From contig OZ244799.1 in the NCBI GenBank assembly GCA_965219955.1, forward strand, positions 832,001-896,000: DNA of 64,000 nt, given 5' to 3'. The notes under the pieces are model-generated. The model made no database searches. It was not told where the DNA came from and was given only the letters and a program-made list of their open reading frames with translations. A program made the position numbers and the translations under genes. The stretch comes from a bacterium. Lineage in GTDB: Bacteria; UBA8248. Positions within the stretch are counted from its first letter, which is position 1. Each line of letters opens with the position of its first letter. Shown here one piece after another: positions 28,964 through 38,561 of this stretch.

Positions 28964-30166
28964 TCAGCGGACTCTCGGCAGGAAGAGCGCGAACGCGCAG
29001 GCGGCGATGAAAAAGCCGGGCAGCGCCCAGAAGGCGTTGGCCAGGCCGTACCACTCGCCGAGAACGGACATCGGGTAGACCGAAAGGCTCGCGATGAACC
29101 ACGAGAGGCCGAGCGTGATGGAACTGGCCAGCCCCCGGTTGTGGGGCATGAGTTGCTGGGCGAAGGCCATCGTCACCCCCATCGGGAGGTAGGTGGCGAC
29201 CCCCAGCAAGGCCAGGAGCACGAAGCCCCACTCGGGCGGCGCAATCAAAAACGCGCAGACGCACAGAGCGCCCAGGCCGATGCCGCCGACGATAAGCTCT
29301 TTTTTTCCGAATCGGTCTCCCAAAAAGCCGCCCGCCAGAACACCCACCGCACCCGAGGTGAGCATGATGGCGCTGGCCGCCCCGCCGCTCCAGATGCTCA
29401 TGCCGTGTTCGGCGTAGAGCGAGGGTATGAGGCTGATGAAGTTGATGTTCACGACGGCCCGGCAAATCGTGACGCCCGAGAGCAGAAGCAGCGGCGTGCC
29501 CGCTGTACGCAGCGCTGTTACGAAATCCCAGATAGAGGCTTTCTTGTCGCCGATCGTGGGGGGCGATTGAGGTTTCGGCAGCCCGTATCTCACCGCCAGG
29601 GCCATCGCGACCGCGACCAGGGTGAACGAGCTGAGCCATTTCATGTCCCCGAGCGAGACGATGCCGATGGCGATGACGGGCCCAAGGCCGTGGCCCACGC
29701 GCCCTCCGGCGATGAAGACGCTCACCACCAGCCCCTTCCGGTTTTCCGAGAGCGCGCCCGCGCGCGACGCCATGTCCGGATGGCACAGGCCGACCATCGA
29801 ACCGCCGACGGCGGCCATGACGGTGAGGGCCGTGAAGTTGGGCGCCCAGCCGATGGAGGTGATGAAGAGCGCGCTGCCCACCATCCCCACGGCGAGCCAG
29901 GGGAGAGTGGGCCAGCGGTCCACGAGAATCGCCGTCACGGGTTGTGAGAGCGCAGCACTCATCGATACGAACGTGAGGAGCAGGCCGCCTGTTGAGAGGG
30001 AGACCTGGAACTGCTCCCGAATCAGGGGCAGGAGCGGGGCGATGAAATTCACCGTGCCGTCCACCACGAAGTGAGCGGTGAACAGGATGGCGAGCGCCCC
30101 CCAGGGGATATCCTGCGCCGGGTCTTGCGCAGCCATTCCCGTTTTGATTTCTTCCGCCCGGCTCAT
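28964..30166 (-). CDS. MFS transporter (Fsr-like)
   Basis: HFVVD, QP, HP and GGFLGDRFG motifs; ATGA overlap with the upstream MFS. Confidence 0.88.
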   Translation of the reverse strand: MSRAEEIKTGMAAQDPAQDIPWGALAILFTAHFVVDGTVNFIAPLLPLIREQFQVSLSTGGLLLTFVSMSAALSQPVTAILVDRWPTLPWLAVGMVGSALFITSIGWAPNFTALTVMAAVGGSMVGLCHPDMASRAGALSENRKGLVVSVFIAGGRVGHGLGPVIAIGIVSLGDMKWLSSFTLVAVAMALAVRYGLPKPQSPPTIGDKKASIWDFVTALRTAGTPLLLLSGVTICRAVVNINFISLIPSLYAEHGMSIWSGGAASAIMLTSGAVGVLAGGFLGDRFGKKELIVGGIGLGALCVCAFLIAPPEWGFVLLALLGVATYLPMGVTMAFAQQLMPHNRGLASSITLGLSWFIASLSVYPMSVLGEWYGLANAFWALPGFFIAACAFALFLPRVR

Positions 30167-31359
30167 GGCTTGCCCCCTTGCATCTGGGGTTGAAGGGCGC
30201 TTTCTCTGTGCAGGAAGATGGCGATGAACCCGCCGATAACGAACATCGAGGCGTAGAAGGTGAACGCCATTTGAAGCCCCATCGCTTCGGCCACGAGGCC
30301 GCCGACGAGCGGTGAGAGCGCGCTGGCCGCCTCGTTGAAGCCATAGATCATCCCCACCGAACTCGAGCGCACCCGCTCGTCCACGAGTTCCGTGCCGACG
30401 GCCAGCACCAGGGTGGGCACCGGCGTGAGGATGCAGGCGACGGCGAAAAGCGCGAGAAGCAGCGTCGTGAGGCTCGCGACCCAGGTGAGCGATGCCATCG
30501 CGGCGGCGCACATGAAGGTGAGCACGACGATGAGCCTGGTCCTGCCCGCGTAGTCCGACCACCTGCCGATGATGATGGACGTGGTCGAACCGATGAGAAA
30601 ATAGATGCTGAGCAGCCAGCCCACCCCCTTGGTGTCGAAACCGAACTGTTCCGCCAGCAGGAGCGGCAAAAAGGCCATGAACCCGCGAAAGCCCATGATC
30701 CGGAACGAGGAAAGGGTGATGAGGAGCATCAATGATTTATTACGGAACAAGGCGCCGAAAGTGGACCTCGCCGCCTGGCGGAAGGGGAGGCGCTCTCCGA
30801 GTTGATCCTGAAACCGGAACCAGATGAGCGCCGCCCAGATGACGCCTGGTATGACGTAGAACTGCGCGGCCATGCGCCAACTCGCCAGATAGACGGCGAG
30901 CCAGCCTACGATGGCGGGCGAGATGATGTTCCCCATTTCGCCCCCGCCGTTGAACAGGCCCGTGCAGAAACCGCGTCTGTCGGGCAGTTCGCGCGTGATG
31001 AGCGCAACGGCCGGCGGGTGGTAGGCCGCGCTCCCGATGCCGCCGATGAAGACGAACAGCAGCAGCAGGGAGTAGTTCGCCGCGTAGCCGTAGAGCAGAA
31101 CGGGCAGCGCCTGTGTGAGCAAAGAGAGCGCCAGTACGGTCCGCCATCTACGGGTGTAGTCCGATATGAAGGAAAGGGGGAACTGAAAGACGCTGTTCGC
31201 CACCGAGTAGGTCGTCACGATGAGGCCCGCCTGCACGTAGTTGAGTTCGAATTCCGCGACGATGAGCGGGAGTACGGGGATGAGAAGCTGCGTGTAGAAG
31301 GCGTTGACGGCGTGGCTGCCCGCAATCGCGAAAAGGTTGAATATCTTCGATGGGGACAT
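30163..31359 (-). CDS. MFS transporter (Fsr-like)
   Basis: About 12 TM segments, SAAYHP, GRWSDYAGR. The ORF-track N-terminal extension runs into a repeat element and was trimmed. Confidence 0.88.
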   Translation of the reverse strand: MSPSKIFNLFAIAGSHAVNAFYTQLLIPVLPLIVAEFELNYVQAGLIVTTYSVANSVFQFPLSFISDYTRRWRTVLALSLLTQALPVLLYGYAANYSLLLLFVFIGGIGSAAYHPPAVALITRELPDRRGFCTGLFNGGGEMGNIISPAIVGWLAVYLASWRMAAQFYVIPGVIWAALIWFRFQDQLGERLPFRQAARSTFGALFRNKSLMLLITLSSFRIMGFRGFMAFLPLLLAEQFGFDTKGVGWLLSIYFLIGSTTSIIIGRWSDYAGRTRLIVVLTFMCAAAMASLTWVASLTTLLLALFAVACILTPVPTLVLAVGTELVDERVRSSSVGMIYGFNEAASALSPLVGGLVAEAMGLQMAFTFYASMFVIGGFIAIFLHRESALQPQMQGGKP

Positions 31360-31529
31360 GGGTGGTCCATTCATGATGGGAACGCAAAAAATGCTTTCAT
31401 TAGGCTTATAGGTTCTGGAGAAAACGCGCGTCAATGGCGAAGGGCCTATACTGGAGGAAACCGGCGGGTCGCATCTATGCGTTCGGTGCGGGAAGACTGT
31501 GGGCGGTGCTGTTTGCAGGGGACGCATAC

Positions 31530-31801
31530 GGGGCTGTTGAAAAATCCCCTTTGCCCCGAGCAGCAGCTCCGTTCGCCTCACCCTGAGTAGCGGCCCCTCG
31601 ACTTCGCTCGGGGCAAGCTCCGCCGTTCCCCGACACCCCTCACCCTGAGTAGCGGCGGAGCCGCGTATCGAAGGGCGAAGTTCGCGCCTGCTGGAGAGAT
31701 ACACCCCCATCCTTCGATACGGCGCTTACGCGCCTACTCAGGATGAGGGTGTCAGGGCTTCTGCGAAGCCCGCTGCCGCAACCGGGTTCTTCAACAACCC
31801 C
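31530..31801. mobile_element. MITE-like element A (15-bp TIRs, R1 REP cargo) inserted in a GTAG-type REP
   Basis: GGGGCTGTTGAAAAA ... TTCTTCAACAACCCC. Flanks GCAGGGGACGCATAC and ACAATGCGTCCTCTAC rebuild a palindrome with AC duplicated. Confidence 0.8.
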
Positions 31802-31907
31802 ACAATGCGTCCTCTACACCGGACATCCCGTCCTTTTTTATGTTAAGAACAAATTGAATTTCATCGATTTCGACAAAAAAGGAATGCGAGGATAAAGGAA
31901 GGCGAGT

Positions 31908-32699
31908 ATGAGCCAGCCCCCCGGTTTTGATGAGAAGGCGGCCCGGCGCGTCGAGGCCGTCTACACGACGGCGGACGTGGCCGCGCAGCGCGACGCTCTC
32001 CTGGAGATTGTCGCTCCCCGTCCGGGCGAGCGCGTGCTCGACCTGGGTTCCGGCCCAGGCTTCATGACGCTGGAGGCCGGGCGCATGGTGGGGGCGGGAG
32101 GCGCCGTTTTCGGCGTGGACAAGAGCGCGCCCATGCTCGCCCTCGCCGAGAAGCGTTGCGCATCCCAGCCGCAGGTGTCGTTCCACGAGGCCGATGCGCT
32201 GAGCCTCCCTTTCGAGGATGGCGGTTTCGATGCGGCCATCGTCTCTCAGGTGTATGAATACGTCACCGACATGGAGGCCGCACTGACGGAGCTTTGCCGC
32301 GTGCTGCGGCCCGGCGGACGCGCCCTCATCATGGATACGGATTGGGGTTCGCTCGTATGGAACGCGCAGGACGCCGAGCGGGCGAAGCGGATTTTCGCCG
32401 CATGGGACGCGCATCTGGCCGACCCTCATCTGCCGAGAAGATTGTCGCCCCTGCTGCAAGGCGCAGGTTTCGAGATCATGGACTCAAGGGTTTTGCCTCT
32501 TCTCAATACGGAGTATCCTGCGGAGAACTACAGCCACGGCATGGTGAGCGTCATCGTGCCCTTCGTCATCCGCAAGGGCGGCGTGCCGAAGGAAGTGGCA
32601 AAAGCCTGGGCGGAGGATTTGAAGGCGCTGGGCGAGCGTGGGGAGTATTTCTTCAGTCTCAACCGCTACGTCTTTCTGGCGAGAAAATCAGGAGCCTAG
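31908..32699 (+). CDS. Class I SAM-dependent methyltransferase (UbiE-like)
   Basis: VLDLGSGPG, LPFEDGGFD, RVLRPGG. Confidence 0.9.
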   Translation: MSQPPGFDEKAARRVEAVYTTADVAAQRDALLEIVAPRPGERVLDLGSGPGFMTLEAGRMVGAGGAVFGVDKSAPMLALAEKRCASQPQVSFHEADALSLPFEDGGFDAAIVSQVYEYVTDMEAALTELCRVLRPGGRALIMDTDWGSLVWNAQDAERAKRIFAAWDAHLADPHLPRRLSPLLQGAGFEIMDSRVLPLLNTEYPAENYSHGMVSVIVPFVIRKGGVPKEVAKAWAEDLKALGERGEYFFSLNRYVFLARKSGA

Positions 32700-32700
32700 A

Positions 32701-33591
32701 ATGGACAGGTTCATCGACTGCCACAATCACCTGCACGGATTCAGTTTCGACGACTGGGAACTCCAGGGCATGTGCGGGATGGCGGGTTCCGTCCTCTCCT
32801 GCGGGAATCCCCACGTGCACCGCGAGATTTGGAAGCGCGCGCCCGGGCCGGAGGATGTGGAGAGGCTTTGGGAGAGCCCTCTCAGGATGGCCGAAGCCGC
32901 CGAGGCCAAACACCACATTCGAGCCATGTGCGCCGTGGGCGTGAGTTCGATGACCCGGGTGGACGGCTGGGAGCGGCTCATCGACGCGCTCCCCGGCTAT
33001 CTGGAGAACGATCGGGTGGCCGCCCTGGGGGAGGTGGGCCTGGACCCGGGGCAATATTTTGGCTTTTCCTGGGATCTGGAAGATCAGGCCAGATGCCTCG
33101 AAGCGCAGGCGCGCCTCGCGGCGGAGCTTGAAAAGCCCCTGATCCTCCACACGCCCACCTACAAGAACCCGAAGGAATTCCTGGGCGGCGTGGACACGCA
33201 GGGAGAGGTTTCGCCCGAAGAGTTCAGGCTCCATTACCTCAAGATGGACCTGGAAGTCATCGATGCCGCAGGTCTCGACCACGCACTGCTCGTGGTCGAC
33301 CACGTGGATGCGACGATAGTGGATTTCGTTCACGAAGAGACGGGCGCGTGGTGCGCGACGAGCCTCGGCAGCCGGCTTCGGCCGATTCCCCCCTCCGCCG
33401 TCGTGGAATGGGTGCGGCGTCACGGGGGAGGGCGCATGATGCTCAACTCCGACCTCATTCCCTACACGTCGAACGACCTCTACTGCATCCCCCGGGCGAT
33501 TCGCGCCATGCGCCGGGGCGGCATCGCCGAGGCGGAGATCGAAAAAGCGGCATTCGGCAACGCGAACGCGCTCTTCGGCTTCGGTCTCTAG
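32701..33591 (+). CDS. TatD-related TIM-barrel metal-dependent hydrolase
   Basis: DCHNH, GEVGLD, LHTP, VDH, NSD. Confidence 0.85.
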   Translation: MDRFIDCHNHLHGFSFDDWELQGMCGMAGSVLSCGNPHVHREIWKRAPGPEDVERLWESPLRMAEAAEAKHHIRAMCAVGVSSMTRVDGWERLIDALPGYLENDRVAALGEVGLDPGQYFGFSWDLEDQARCLEAQARLAAELEKPLILHTPTYKNPKEFLGGVDTQGEVSPEEFRLHYLKMDLEVIDAAGLDHALLVVDHVDATIVDFVHEETGAWCATSLGSRLRPIPPSAVVEWVRRHGGGRMMLNSDLIPYTSNDLYCIPRAIRAMRRGGIAEAEIEKAAFGNANALFGFGL

Positions 33592-33592
33592 A

Positions 33593-34303
33593 TCAGTCCA
33601 GCACCGCCACGGCGCGCACCGGCGAGCCCGTGGCGTCTTTCAGCTTGATGGGCAGGCACAGGAAGGTGAAGCGCTTGCCCACCAGGCGCCTGGGGATCAC
33701 CAGGTTCTCCGTGTTGAGCATCCCCCGCTCCTTGCACACCTGGTGAGAGGGATAGGGCTCTTCCGACTCGGGAAACATCTGCGTGGGGTTTTCTATCGTG
33801 AACGCCTCGCAGCCGATGTTGCGCACCCCCCGATCGGCGAGATACTCGGTGGCGGGCCGGCTCAGGCCTGCGAATTCTTTCCACCATACATCGGGATTCG
33901 GGTCCTTGAACGACTTCTCGAAATGCCCCGTGTAGTACAAGAAAGCGTCACCCTCTTCGATGGAAAGCCCGTGTTTGTCCAGTTCGCGCTCGATGTGTTC
34001 GGTTTCGATGTAGGTCCTGGGCGCGACGTCCGAGAAATCCACGCAAATCGCGCTCGAATAAAAACGCTCCAGCGGCAACTGGTCGATGGAGGGCGCGTCT
34101 CCGGGCACGTAGTGGTTCAGGGCGTCCACGTGGCTTCCGGTGTGATCCGAGAGCGTGAGCTTCATGGCCGCGAAGGAGAATTTCCCGAGAAATCTTTTGG
34201 AAGATTCCTCGTGCGTCATCATCGGCTCGATGGCCACCTTGGGGTGGAACGGACGCTCGAATCCGCCCGCCGCCACGGTTTGTGAGAGGTCGATCAATTC
34301 CAT
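33593..34303 (-). CDS. Cyclase family protein (kynurenine formamidase-like)
   Basis: IDLS, HTGSHVDA..H, ENL, GSPVRAVA. Confidence 0.92.
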   Translation of the reverse strand: MELIDLSQTVAAGGFERPFHPKVAIEPMMTHEESSKRFLGKFSFAAMKLTLSDHTGSHVDALNHYVPGDAPSIDQLPLERFYSSAICVDFSDVAPRTYIETEHIERELDKHGLSIEEGDAFLYYTGHFEKSFKDPNPDVWWKEFAGLSRPATEYLADRGVRNIGCEAFTIENPTQMFPESEEPYPSHQVCKERGMLNTENLVIPRRLVGKRFTFLCLPIKLKDATGSPVRAVAVLD

Positions 34304-34348
34304 GGAATTTTATCCTTTCCTCGTAAAACGTGAATCAAATCTCTGTCT

Positions 34349-35935
34349 TCAGGCCATCATGGTCTCGACGGGCGCCCAGAATCGTTCGATTTCCAGGTCT
34401 TCGGCGATCGCGTTCGCGCAGTTGTAACCGGGCGCTCCCGTCACCGCGCCGCCCACGTGCGAACTCGAACCGCACAGGTAGAGCTTGCCGATCGGCGTGC
34501 GGAAGTCGCTCACGTCCGGATGCGGGCGGTTGTAGCCCAACTGCTCGGGAATGTAGGCGCCCACGTGGTGGCTCGCGCGTACGAAGTTCGGGTTCATGCG
34601 CACGATGTCGAGCGGCGTGTAGAGATAGCTGCCCATAATGTTGTCGTGGTTGATGTTGGGCGCATACGGCGTCCAGGAGTCGATGAAGTGCTGGGTGTAC
34701 TCCTCGCGCCGCGCGTCCCACGCCTCGGCGCCTCCGTCTTTGAGTTCAAAGGGCGCAAACGGCCACCAGTAGCCCACGTGCGTGCCGTCCGGCGAGTAGG
34801 TCGGGTCGAAGTGGCTGTTGCTGCCGCCATTGCCCATGAGCTTGGGCAGTTCGCCGTCGTGGATCGTCTCGAAGCACGCGTCGATCTCCTCGGTCGAGTC
34901 CGCGCCCCAGAAGATGTTGAACGTCTTGTTGATGTCGGGCTCGAATTTCGCGGCCGCGAAATCGGGCGCTTCCTTGAGCGCCAGGTGGATGGTGCACAGC
35001 CCGTGGCTCGCCCACTGATACTCGAGAGCCGCCCTGGCGAGCTTGCCGCCGAAGTAATCCTCCCCGGCCAGGCGAACCGTGAGCGGCCAGTTCACCCCGC
35101 TCGCCACGAACTCGGTGGCCTCGATGCGTGTGCCGTCCTCGAGGATGACGCCGGTGGCGTCGCCGCTTTCCACCGTGATCTCGCGGACCTCCGCGTTGGT
35201 GAACACCTTGCCGCCGCCTCGAACGACCACGCGCTCGAGCGCGCGCGTGAAGTTCACCGAACCGCCGACAGGCAGGGCGAAGCTTGCGATGCGCGAGAAT
35301 ATTCTCGGGAAGAAGATGCCCGTCGTGGGCGTGTTCTCGAGAGTGAAGGAACCCAGGAAGAGCTTGAACAGCACCCGCAACCTGTCGTCTTCGAAGTGCT
35401 GGTCCACCGCATCGTACATGCTCAAGTTCGCATAGCTTAAGAACTCACGGCCCAGCGGCCCCGCGAAGCGCTCTTTGAGCTCCTCCGGCGGCAGGGGGGC
35501 GCAGTACATGAAGGAGGTGATGATGTCGAGCATACCTTCTGTGAACTTGACGTGGAGGTCCCGGTAGGTTTTCGCGTCGTTCTTGTTGATGCGCTCGATC
35601 GACTTGACGGTCTTCTCCACGTCGCGGTGGATGACGAACGCCGTGCCGTCGCTGAAGAGGGCACCTTGCTGAAATTCCGGGAAGATGAGGCTGAAGCCGT
35701 ATTCGTGGAGTTCCAGATCGCGCAGGATGGGGCTTCTCTCCAGGCCCACGTAGTAATTCGAGTGCAGGTTGTGCTTGAAGCCCGGCAGTGTGACTTCGTG
35801 CGTGGAGCAGCCCCCGCCGGCGACGTCTGCGCGTTCCAGGACGGCTACTTTTTTCCCGGCCTTCGCCAGATAGGCGGCGCATACCAGGCTGTTATGTCCG
35901 CCGCCGACGAACAATCCATCGTAAGATTCGGTCAT
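34349..35935 (-). CDS. Phytoene dehydrogenase-like FAD-dependent oxidoreductase
   Basis: GGGHNSL..AAYLA, RTPIGKLYLCG, GGAVTGAPGYN. Confidence 0.9.
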   Translation of the reverse strand: MTESYDGLFVGGGHNSLVCAAYLAKAGKKVAVLERADVAGGGCSTHEVTLPGFKHNLHSNYYVGLERSPILRDLELHEYGFSLIFPEFQQGALFSDGTAFVIHRDVEKTVKSIERINKNDAKTYRDLHVKFTEGMLDIITSFMYCAPLPPEELKERFAGPLGREFLSYANLSMYDAVDQHFEDDRLRVLFKLFLGSFTLENTPTTGIFFPRIFSRIASFALPVGGSVNFTRALERVVVRGGGKVFTNAEVREITVESGDATGVILEDGTRIEATEFVASGVNWPLTVRLAGEDYFGGKLARAALEYQWASHGLCTIHLALKEAPDFAAAKFEPDINKTFNIFWGADSTEEIDACFETIHDGELPKLMGNGGSNSHFDPTYSPDGTHVGYWWPFAPFELKDGGAEAWDARREEYTQHFIDSWTPYAPNINHDNIMGSYLYTPLDIVRMNPNFVRASHHVGAYIPEQLGYNRPHPDVSDFRTPIGKLYLCGSSSHVGGAVTGAPGYNCANAIAEDLEIERFWAPVETMMA

Positions 35936-36043
35936 GATCCCTCTCCTCTGAAAGGACTCAGCCTCGCGGGCTGCTTGCGAACTGGTTTGAATGTGTCCCT
36001 ATTCTGCCTTGTTGAGGCGCATTTCTCAATCCGCCTTTTTCTC

Positions 36044-36436
36044 TCAGGCCTCCGGGATATAGGCCGTGGCGTCGATTTCCACCAGAAAATCCTCTGAAGC
36101 CAGCCCGTCCACGATCACGCCCGTGCTCGCGGGCGCATGAGGGCCGAAGTATTCCGCGATCACCGCGTATACGGGCTTTCGGTACGCCCTGTCGGTAATG
36201 TAGTTCGTGAGCTTCACGACGTGGGAGAGGTCGCCGCCCGCCTCTTCGAGAAGCCGGCGGATGTTCTCGCACGCCTGGCGGGCCTGGGCCGCGGCGTCGC
36301 CGCGCGCGGGAGGTGTGCCGTCGAGCCCCTCTCCGGTCTGGCCCGCGAGATAGAGCGTCCTGCCCGCCAGAAGGCCCTGTGAATAGCTGCCCGCCCCGGC
36401 GGTCACCTGCGTGGTGTGGAATTTTTGGAATGACAT
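36044..36436 (-). CDS. Rid (YjgF/UK114) family protein lacking the catalytic Arg
   Basis: YSQG, LYLAGQ, PASTG (no Arg), LVEID. Confidence 0.88.
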   Translation of the reverse strand: MSFQKFHTTQVTAGAGSYSQGLLAGRTLYLAGQTGEGLDGTPPARGDAAAQARQACENIRRLLEEAGGDLSHVVKLTNYITDRAYRKPVYAVIAEYFGPHAPASTGVIVDGLASEDFLVEIDATAYIPEA

Positions 36437-36569
36437 GGCGATATCTCCAGAAATCATCGAAGAATTGGAAAAGGTAAGCGATGGCGCTTTTCTGACGCGT
36501 GTATGAGCTTCAGGGCCTGTGCATAAGGAAGTTGCGGTGGAATGCGCACCCACCCGCGCCGCGCGAGCG

Positions 36570-36965
36570 TTACTCCATATCGAACATCGCCGTGGACGCG
36601 ACCTCGATCAGGTTGTTCTCCGGGTCCCGGAAGAAGATTTGGGGATAACCGTAAGGCTCGTCGTGAAACGGGATGTCGTGCGACTTGAGCCTCTCCTTCA
36701 TGCCTGCCAGATCTTCCGTCACCATTCCGAAGTGGTGGTCCATATAGCCGTCTTCGTTGTCGCTGATGGAATGCTTCACGTGCGTGTCGCTCACCTTGGC
36801 GAGGTGAATCTGATGATCCGTACCCGCCTCGTACCAATAGCCGGGGAAGGGGAAGTGGGGCCGGGGCATCTCGGGCAGTCCCATGATTTCGTTATAAAAC
36901 TTGTGCATGGCCGGCAAATCCCGGCAATAGATGCTGAAGTGCTGCAGGAACTTGATCTTGGACAT
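36570..36965 (-). CDS. VOC/glyoxalase family protein
   Basis: LQHFSI, QIHL, HHFG, FFRDPENNLIE. Confidence 0.85.
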   Translation of the reverse strand: MSKIKFLQHFSIYCRDLPAMHKFYNEIMGLPEMPRPHFPFPGYWYEAGTDHQIHLAKVSDTHVKHSISDNEDGYMDHHFGMVTEDLAGMKERLKSHDIPFHDEPYGYPQIFFRDPENNLIEVASTAMFDME

Positions 36966-37109
36966 CGGCGTCTCTCCTCGGATTGTCGAGTTCTTTCTCA
37001 CACTAATAATGCTCTTTTCCCTCTCTGGCAAGGCGCGGCTTCCACTGGAGATACTCAAATCCGCACGTTTGTCGTATCCTGCTGAAAACACCAAACCGGA
37101 GGAATCCTC

Positions 37110-38513
37110 ATGGCGGGTCGTTTCGTGGTCGAAAACGCCTGCGTCCTCACTCAGAACGAGGCGCGTGATGTGCTCCCCCGCGCGTCGGTGCTGGTCGAGG
37201 ATGGCCGGGTCGCCGAGATCTCTGAATCCAGCATAGACGCAGGCGCGGCAGAGGTGATCGACGGCGAGGACATGGCCCTCATGCCGGGGCTGGTAAACGC
37301 CCACAGCCACATCATGTGCATTCTTTTGCGCGGCGGCCTGGGCGCGGATAGGCGGCTCATGGACTGGCGCCTGAACGTCATGGCGCCCGGCCAGGTCGCC
37401 TATACGCCCGGGGATGCGGCGCTCTCCGTCAAGCTCTTCGCGTGCGAAGCGATTCGCTCCGGCACCACGGCGGTGGTGACGAACGAGCGGGTCCCCATCC
37501 CGCTGGCCGAGGCGATGATAGAGGCCATGGACGATTCGGGCATGCGGAGCGTCTTCGCCTTATGCTTCAACGAAATGTCTCCTTCGGGAAAACTCGCCGA
37601 GCGGGCGCACTCCCACATCGCCGCCTGGGGGAAGACCTTTCCGCCGAGTCTCAAGACGAGGGATGAGGTGTTCGAGGAGACTTCCCACCTGGTGGACAAA
37701 TACCACGGTCGCTCCGGTGGCCGGGTTCTCGTCTGGCCGGGGCCGAACATCCCCGTCTACGTGAAGCCCGAGACATTCCGCGAGGTGGACGAATGGGCCG
37801 GCGAGCGCGGCCTTCGCGTCTCCACGCACGTATCGGAAGACCCCATGGAATCAGAAGTGGGCGGCCTTCCCGTGGTGCAGCACCTGGCGGCCTGGGGTCT
37901 GCTCTCGGAGCGTCTCGTCGCCGGCCACTGCATTCACTTGAGCGAGGAGGACATACGCCTCCTCAAGGAATCAGGTACGCAGGCCGTGCATCTGCCCTCT
38001 AGCAATATGTATCTGGGTTCGGGCGTCTCGCCGGTGCCGCGCATGCTGGGCTACGGCATCCCCGTGGCGCTCGGCACGGACAATGCGAACTGCAACGACC
38101 TCGTCAACATGTTCTGGGAGATAAGGCTCGCCTGCCTGCTCCACAAGGGCGTGCAGCAGGACCCCGCAGCCATCACGGCGCAGCAGGTGCTCGACATGGC
38201 CACGCGCAACGGCGCTCGCGCTCTCGGCCTGGAAGAAGAAATCGGGAGCATCGAGGTGGGCAAGCGGGCGGATATGATTCTGCTCGACATGAGCGGCCCC
38301 CACATGCACCCGAATCATCATCTGCCGTCCGTGCTCGCGTACCAGACCCACGGGACGGAAGTGCGCTGGGTCTGGGTGGAAGGCGAGCCGCTCATGGAAG
38401 CGGGACGCCTGAGCAGGATAAGCGAAGATGAGGAACGCGCGATTCGCGGGGAGGCGCAGGCGGCGTCCGCGGCTATCGTCGAGCGAGCGGGCCTGATTGT
38501 CCCCGGGACATGA
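37110..38513 (+). CDS. Amidohydrolase (MTA/SAH deaminase / triazine hydrolase-like)
   Basis: PGLVNAHSH, THVSE, GHCIH, GTD, GSIEVGKRAD. Confidence 0.9.
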   Translation: MAGRFVVENACVLTQNEARDVLPRASVLVEDGRVAEISESSIDAGAAEVIDGEDMALMPGLVNAHSHIMCILLRGGLGADRRLMDWRLNVMAPGQVAYTPGDAALSVKLFACEAIRSGTTAVVTNERVPIPLAEAMIEAMDDSGMRSVFALCFNEMSPSGKLAERAHSHIAAWGKTFPPSLKTRDEVFEETSHLVDKYHGRSGGRVLVWPGPNIPVYVKPETFREVDEWAGERGLRVSTHVSEDPMESEVGGLPVVQHLAAWGLLSERLVAGHCIHLSEEDIRLLKESGTQAVHLPSSNMYLGSGVSPVPRMLGYGIPVALGTDNANCNDLVNMFWEIRLACLLHKGVQQDPAAITAQQVLDMATRNGARALGLEEEIGSIEVGKRADMILLDMSGPHMHPNHHLPSVLAYQTHGTEVRWVWVEGEPLMEAGRLSRISEDEERAIRGEAQAASAAIVERAGLIVPGT

Positions 38514-38561
38514 AACGGCGTTCGCCCATCGAGCGCCCTTGATGAATAAGGAGACTCAATC

